Of a stretch of DNA of 64,000 nucleotides, positions 59,156 to 64,000 are shown in pieces (position 1 is the stretch's first letter; each line of letters begins with the position of its first letter). The stretch lies in the NCBI GenBank assembly GCA_963804165.1, contig CAWDPO010000015.1, forward strand, positions 96,001 through 160,000, given 5' to 3'. Position numbers and translations under genes: made by a program. The notes under the pieces were generated by a model. That model ran no database searches. It was not told the origin of the DNA and was given only the letters and a program-made list of their open reading frames with translations. The DNA comes from an uncultured delta proteobacterium. Its GTDB lineage: Bacteria > Desulfobacterota > Binatia > UBA9968.

Positions 59156-62100
59156 CTACGGCAAGACCGGCGCCTCGTAGTCTTGTAAGGCTTTGACTTC
59201 GAAGTCGCACTGCAACAAGAATTCGATTCCATCGGCGGCGGCATCGGCTCCCGCCATCGTCGTAAAGTACGGCACCTGGTAATCTAAAGCGCAGCGCCGG
59301 ATCGCGTAGGAATCCGCCTGGGAGCGGCTATCCTCGGGAGTGTTGATCACTATTGCGATCTCGCCGCTTTTGATCTGGTCGCCGATATGCGGGCTGCCGT
59401 CCTGTATCTTGTTGACGACCTCAGTGGGAATTTGCCGCTCTTCGAAACAGAGCGCCGTGCCACGTGTTGCAACGATTTGAAAACCGATGCGGTACAGTTT
59501 CCGCGCGACAAAAGTCGCCATCACCTTGTCGTCGTCGCGTACGCTGATAAACACTTTCCCGCTCCGCGGCAAGCGCATGCCGCTGCCGAGTTGCGCTTTG
59601 GCGAATGCGATGCCGAAATAATCGTCGATCCCCATGACCTCGCCGGTGGATTTCATTTCCGGACCCAGCAGTGTATCGACGCCGGGGAATTTATTGAAAG
59701 GAAACACCGCCTCTTTGACAGACACATGCTTCGGCACAATCTCTTTGGTTAAACCCAGATCCTTAAGTTTCTTTCCGACCATGATGCGCGCGGCGATTTT
59801 CGCGAGAGGTACCCCGATGGCTTTGCTGACGAACGGCACCGTGCGCGACGCCCGCGGATTCACTTCCAGCACGAAAACATTATCTCCCTGGACCGCAAAC
59901 TGAGCGTTCATCAAACCCCGAACATTGAGCGCGATGGCGATCGCGACAGTGTGCCGGCGAATTTCATCTTGAATATCCGGGTGGATCGACTTCGGCGGCA
60001 GACTGCAGGCGCTATCTCCCGAGTGAACCCCAGCCCGCTCGATATGTTCCATGATCCCGCCGATGATCACCTGCTCGCCGTCGCCCAGCGCGTCGACATC
60101 GACTTCGATCGCGTCGTCGAGGAATTTGTCGATCAGCACCGGGTGCTCCGGCGACGCTGACACGGCGCGCGTCATATATTCTCTTAGCGCGTCGCCGTCG
60201 TAGACGATTTGCATCGCACGCCCGCCGAGCACGTAGGAGGGCCGCACTAAAACCGGGTAACCCAACCCCTCGGCGATCTTGAACGCTTCGGCGTAGGAAC
60301 GCGCGATACCGTTTTCTGGCTGTTTGATATCCAGTTTTTTAATTAATTGGGAAAAACGCTCACGGTCCTCCGCAAGATCGATACTGTCCGGCGACGTGCC
60401 GATGATCGGCACGCCGGCGCGTTCCAAGGGCAGCGCCAGCTTGAGCGGGGTCTGGCCGCCGAATTGGACGATGACTCCGTCCGGCTTTTCGCGGTCGACG
60501 ATATTCATCACCTCTTCCATGGTCAGGGGCTCAAAATAGAGTTTATCCGAGGTATCGTAATCGGTGCTCACGGTTTCAGGATTACAATTCACCATGATGG
60601 TCTCGTAACCCTCTTCCCTGAGCGCAAAGGCGGCATGCACGCAGCAGTAGTCGAATTCGATGCCTTGGCCGATGCGATTCGGGCCGCCGCCCAAGATCAT
60701 GATCTTCTTGCGTGACGTCGGGTTCGATTCATCCTCGCCTTCATAGGTTGAATAGAGATAGGGAGTAAAAGCCTGAAATTCCGCGCCGCAGGTATCGACG
60801 GAATTGAACACCGCCTCAACGCCCTTGGCTTTCCTGGTGTTTCGAACTTCAGCTTCGCTCGCACCGATGAGAGTGGCGATACGCGCGTCGGCAAATCCCC
60901 ATTGCTTCCACTGCCGCAATAATCTCGCATCTAATTGAGTCAGCGACCCTGTGGCGCGAGCGATGTCATTTTCGGTCGCGATGATCTCGCAAATCTTTTC
61001 GAGAAACCAGGGATCGATGGCGGAGAGCTGAAAAATCTCGTCCGTGGTCATACCGACCCGGTAAGCGTCACCCAAGTACCAAAGACGCTGCGCGTTGGGC
61101 TGCTTTAGTTTTTCACGCACGATCGCGAGCGACTCCGATCGGGCCGCTTCGGCCAAGTCGACTTTTGGTTCGAAGCCAAAGGAGCCGGTTTCCAACGAGC
61201 GCATCGCCTTTTGCAGCGATTCTTTGAACGTTCGTCCGATGGCCATCGCTTCGCCCACGGACTTCATTTGCGGCGTCAACAGGTCTCTGGCTTGAGGAAA
61301 TTTCTCGAAGGTAAAGCGCGGAACCTTGACGACGACGTAATCGATGGTCGGCTCGAAACAAGCGGGTGTTTCGCGCGTAATGTCGTTGCGAATCTCGTCG
61401 AGGGTGTAACCGACCGCGAGCTTCGCCGCGATCTTGGCGATGGGAAAGCCCGTCGCTTTGCTCGCCAGCGCGGAGCTGCGCGAGACACGCGGATTCATTT
61501 CGATGACCACCATGCGACCGTTTTCGGGGTTCACGGCAAATTGAATGTTCGAACCGCCGGTGTCGACGCCGATCTCACGAATCACCCTTAGCGCGGCGTC
61601 GCGCATGATTTGATACTCTTTATCGGTCAGGGTTTGCGCCGGCGCGACGGTGATCGAGTCGCCGGTATGGATGCCCATGGGATCGAAGTTTTCGATCGAG
61701 CAGATGATCACCACGTTGTCTTTATGGTCGCGCATCACTTCGAGCTCGAACTCTTTCCAGCCGAGCACCGACTCTTCGATCAACACTTCGTGCACCGGCG
61801 AAATACTTAAACCCGCCTGAACGACTTCTTTAAAATCGTCTGCTCCATAGGCAAAGTTCCCACCGCTGCCGCCGAGCGTGCGCGACGCGCGGATGATTAC
61901 CGGAAAGTTCAAGCGCTTTTGAATGCGCATGGCGTCGCGCATGCTGCGCGCGTAGCCGCTGCGCGGCAGATCGAGGCCGATGCGTCGCATGGCTTCTTTG
62001 AACAGATCGCGGTCTTCGGCTTTTTTGATCGAATCGATCTTGGCGCCGATCATCTCGACGCCGTAGCGCTCGAGAATTCCTTTCTCGGCGAGATCGATGG

Positions 62101-62395
62101 CGAGATTGAGCGCCGTTTGACCGCCCAGGGTCGGGAGAATCGCGTCGGGCTTTTCCTTGGCGATGATCTTTTCGACGATGTCGGTTGTAATTGGCTCGAT
62201 GTACGTGCGCGCGGCAAATCCAGGATCGGTCATGATTGTCGCTGGATTAGAGTTGACGAGAATGACCCTGTAGCCTTCTTCTTTGAGAGCTTTCAAGGCT
62301 TGCGTGCCGGAATAGTCGAACTCGCAGGCTTGGCCGATAATGATCGGTCCAGCACCGATCAGCAGAATCGATTCGATATCCGTTCGTTTCGGCAT
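59156..62395 (-). CDS. carB: Carbamoyl-phosphate synthase large subunit
   Basis: MPKRTDI...[10 protein letters not shown], two ATP-grasp halves, C-terminal MGS domain. Confidence 0.99.
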   Translation of the reverse strand: MPKRTDIESILLIGAGPIIIGQACEFDYSGTQALKALKEEGYRVILVNSNPATIMTDPGFAARTYIEPITTDIVEKIIAKEKPDAILPTLGGQTALNLAIDLAEKGILERYGVEMIGAKIDSIKKAEDRDLFKEAMRRIGLDLPRSGYARSMRDAMRIQKRLNFPVIIRASRTLGGSGGNFAYGADDFKEVVQAGLSISPVHEVLIEESVLGWKEFELEVMRDHKDNVVIICSIENFDPMGIHTGDSITVAPAQTLTDKEYQIMRDAALRVIREIGVDTGGSNIQFAVNPENGRMVVIEMNPRVSRSSALASKATGFPIAKIAAKLAVGYTLDEIRNDITRETPACFEPTIDYVVVKVPRFTFEKFPQARDLLTPQMKSVGEAMAIGRTFKESLQKAMRSLETGSFGFEPKVDLAEAARSESLAIVREKLKQPNAQRLWYLGDAYRVGMTTDEIFQLSAIDPWFLEKICEIIATENDIARATGSLTQLDARLLRQWKQWGFADARIATLIGASEAEVRNTRKAKGVEAVFNSVDTCGAEFQAFTPYLYSTYEGEDESNPTSRKKIMILGGGPNRIGQGIEFDYCCVHAAFALREEGYETIMVNCNPETVSTDYDTSDKLYFEPLTMEEVMNIVDREKPDGVIVQFGGQTPLKLALPLERAGVPIIGTSPDSIDLAEDRERFSQLIKKLDIKQPENGIARSYAEAFKIAEGLGYPVLVRPSYVLGGRAMQIVYDGDALREYMTRAVSASPEHPVLIDKFLDDAIEVDVDALGDGEQVIIGGIMEHIERAGVHSGDSACSLPPKSIHPDIQDEIRRHTVAIAIALNVRGLMNAQFAVQGDNVFVLEVNPRASRTVPFVSKAIGVPLAKIAARIMVGKKLKDLGLTKEIVPKHVSVKEAVFPFNKFPGVDTLLGPEMKSTGEVMGIDDYFGIAFAKAQLGSGMRLPRSGKVFISVRDDDKVMATFVARKLYRIGFQIVATRGTALCFEERQIPTEVVNKIQDGSPHIGDQIKSGEIAIVINTPEDSRSQADSYAIRRCALDYQVPYFTTMAGADAAADGIEFLLQCDFEVKALQDYEAPVLP

Positions 62396-62400
62396 GGGTG

Positions 62401-63567
62401 TTACTTGCCTCGATGCTTTGCCATCATGTCGGTAAATCGCTTGAACAAATAATTAGCGTCATGCGGCCCAGGCGAAGACTCGGGATGATATTGCACGGAA
62501 AAGATCGGCAACTCGCGATGCACCAGGCCTTCGACGGTGTTGTCGTTCAAGTTCAGGTGCGTTACCTCCGCCGCCCCTTTGAGTGAATCCGCGTCGACGG
62601 CAAAACCGTGGTTTTGCGCAGTGATCTCGACTTTGCGCGTGGTCAGATCCATCACCGGCTGGTTGCCGCCGTGATGCCCGAACTTGAGCTTGTAAGTTGT
62701 GCCGCCGAGGGCGAGTCCCATGATCTGATGGCCGAGGCAAATGCCGAATACCGGCTTCTTGCCGATCAACTTCTGCACGTTTTCCTTGGCATAAGGCACG
62801 GCGTCGGGATCACCCGGGCCATTGGAAAGAAAAATGCCGTCCGGATTCAGCGCCAACACATCTTCAGCCGGAGCCGCCGCAGGCACGACTCTGACCCGAC
62901 AGCCGGCCTCGGTGAGATTGCGCAGAATGTTGTATTTGATGCCGTAGTCGTAGGCGACTACGAAATACGCCGGCGAGTCAAACGTTCCTTTCCGTCTGCG
63001 CGTCGAAGCAGTACTCGAAACGTCGCGCTGCTTATAGCCATCGTCAAGTCGCCACATCCCCTGATCCCAGTCATACGCTTCGTCGCAGGTCACCTCGCGG
63101 ACAAGATCGACGCCGACCAAACCCGGCGCAGCTTTGGCTTTTGCGGCGAGGTCATCGGCGTTGCCGGTCAATGTCGAAATAATACCTTCTTGGGAACCAT
63201 GATCGCGCAGGTGGCGCACCAGCGAGCGGGTGTCGATGCCGTGGATGCCGACGATACCATGCGCTTTCATGTACTCATGCAGCGGCTGGGCCGCGCGCCA
63301 ATTACTCGGCTGCGGCGTATAATCTTTGACGATAAAACCGTTCATAAAAGGGCGGCGCGACTCGACATCCTCGGAATTGACCCCGACGTTGCCGATCTCC
63401 GGGTAGGTCATGGCGACAAGTTGACCTTGGTAGGAGGGGTCGGTGAGGATTTCCTGATAGCCGGTCATGCTGGTGTTAAAAACCACTTCGCCGGACGCCT
63501 CGCCTTCGGCGCCAAATGCAACCCCTTCGAAGAATCGTCCATCCGCCAGAGCTAAAAACGCCTTCAT
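62401..63567 (-). CDS. carA: Carbamoyl-phosphate synthase small subunit
   Basis: [33 protein letters not shown]. Confidence 0.99.
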   Translation of the reverse strand: MKAFLALADGRFFEGVAFGAEGEASGEVVFNTSMTGYQEILTDPSYQGQLVAMTYPEIGNVGVNSEDVESRRPFMNGFIVKDYTPQPSNWRAAQPLHEYMKAHGIVGIHGIDTRSLVRHLRDHGSQEGIISTLTGNADDLAAKAKAAPGLVGVDLVREVTCDEAYDWDQGMWRLDDGYKQRDVSSTASTRRRKGTFDSPAYFVVAYDYGIKYNILRNLTEAGCRVRVVPAAAPAEDVLALNPDGIFLSNGPGDPDAVPYAKENVQKLIGKKPVFGICLGHQIMGLALGGTTYKLKFGHHGGNQPVMDLTTRKVEITAQNHGFAVDADSLKGAAEVTHLNLNDNTVEGLVHRELPIFSVQYHPESSPGPHDANYLFKRFTDMMAKHRGK

Positions 63568-63571
63568 AAAA

Positions 63572-64000
63572 CTACTTCGTAGCAGTCATCACCGCGTCAC
63601 CCGATGGCTGGAATCCTTCTTCGCTCGGATTGATAATCGAATACATCACGACCTGATCGCGTTCCTCCTGGTCAAGCTCGCGCAGTTTGACGCGCACCCG
63701 ATCTTTTTCCGAGCTGGGTATATTTTTGCCGACGTAATTGGGGCGCACCGGCACCTCGCGATGGCCGCGGTCAATCAAGACGGCCAAGCGCACCGACTGC
63801 GGCCTGCCGGAGCGAAAAATAATGCTCAGCGCGCTCTTGACGGTTCTACCGGTGAAGATGACGTCATCGACGAGAATGACTTCGCGGTCTTTTAAATTCA
63901 GCGGTCCAGCGTCGGGATCGCCCGGCGGGATCCGTCGCAGTTCTTCGCCGCCGCTATAAATCTCAATCTCGCCGACCTCCGGCTTGCGCCCGCGTTGCTT
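63572..64000 (-). CDS. pyrR: PyrR-like phosphoribosyltransferase / pyrimidine regulator (5' truncated by window edge)
   Basis: Frame from 64000 reads ...[18 protein letters not shown]...[31 protein letters not shown]. Confidence 0.85.
   Translation of the reverse strand, partial: KQRGRKPEVGEIEIYSGGEELRRIPPGDPDAGPLNLKDREVILVDDVIFTGRTVKSALSIIFRSGRPQSVRLAVLIDRGHREVPVRPNYVGKNIPSSEKDRVRVKLRELDQEERDQVVMYSIINPSEEGFQPSGDAVMTATK

Noticed and set aside
62608-63555. 315-aa + strand ORF (and similar long shadows at 53422-54243, 35302-35949, 30427-31140, 29408-30178)
   Set aside because: Almost entirely overlap well-supported genes in antisense or alternate frames.
1-64000. CRISPR array, rRNA, tmRNA, selC
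   Set aside because: No regularly spaced repeats or recognisable conserved RNA sequences were seen; the Sec machinery needed for the SQR hypothesis is not in this window.

Overview
GC-rich bacterial chromosome segment. Gene content (glnD-xerD-M50 protease-trpS-scpAB-rluB, many NMT1/TAXI binding proteins, amidohydrolase, LLM oxidoreductase) suggests a Deltaproteobacteria-like lineage, possibly Ca. Binatia; this is inference. Left part (1-11.3 kb): + strand housekeeping run mutS-amiC-glnD-xerD-S2P-trpS-scpA-scpB-rluB, then a doubly frameshifted rhodanese-MoeB gene. At 13.26-18.06 kb a decayed 4.8-kb integrative element sits in tRNA-Arg(CCT). Unusually, it duplicates the 5' half of the tRNA, and its integrase is interrupted by an IS200-type tnpA element. 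Directly downstream is a + strand cluster: heme-oxygenase-like diiron enzyme, cyclase, DapA-like aldolase, small protein, and a sulfide:quinone oxidoreductase-like flavoprotein. The apparent TGA stop of the last gene (21791) is in frame with a typical SQR C-terminus, falls at the second catalytic Cys position and is followed by a SECIS-like hairpin, making it a candidate selenocysteine SQR (top finding). A 28-bp dif (XerCD) site lies at 22091-22118, where dominant gene orientation flips, so the window probably spans the replication terminus. The right part is mostly - strand: miaB, CoxD/CoxE, uup, htrA, transport/catabolic genes, maf, dusB, glpX-apgM-hom-alaC, recG, carB, carA and a partial divergent pyrR. 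No CRISPR or rRNA seen.
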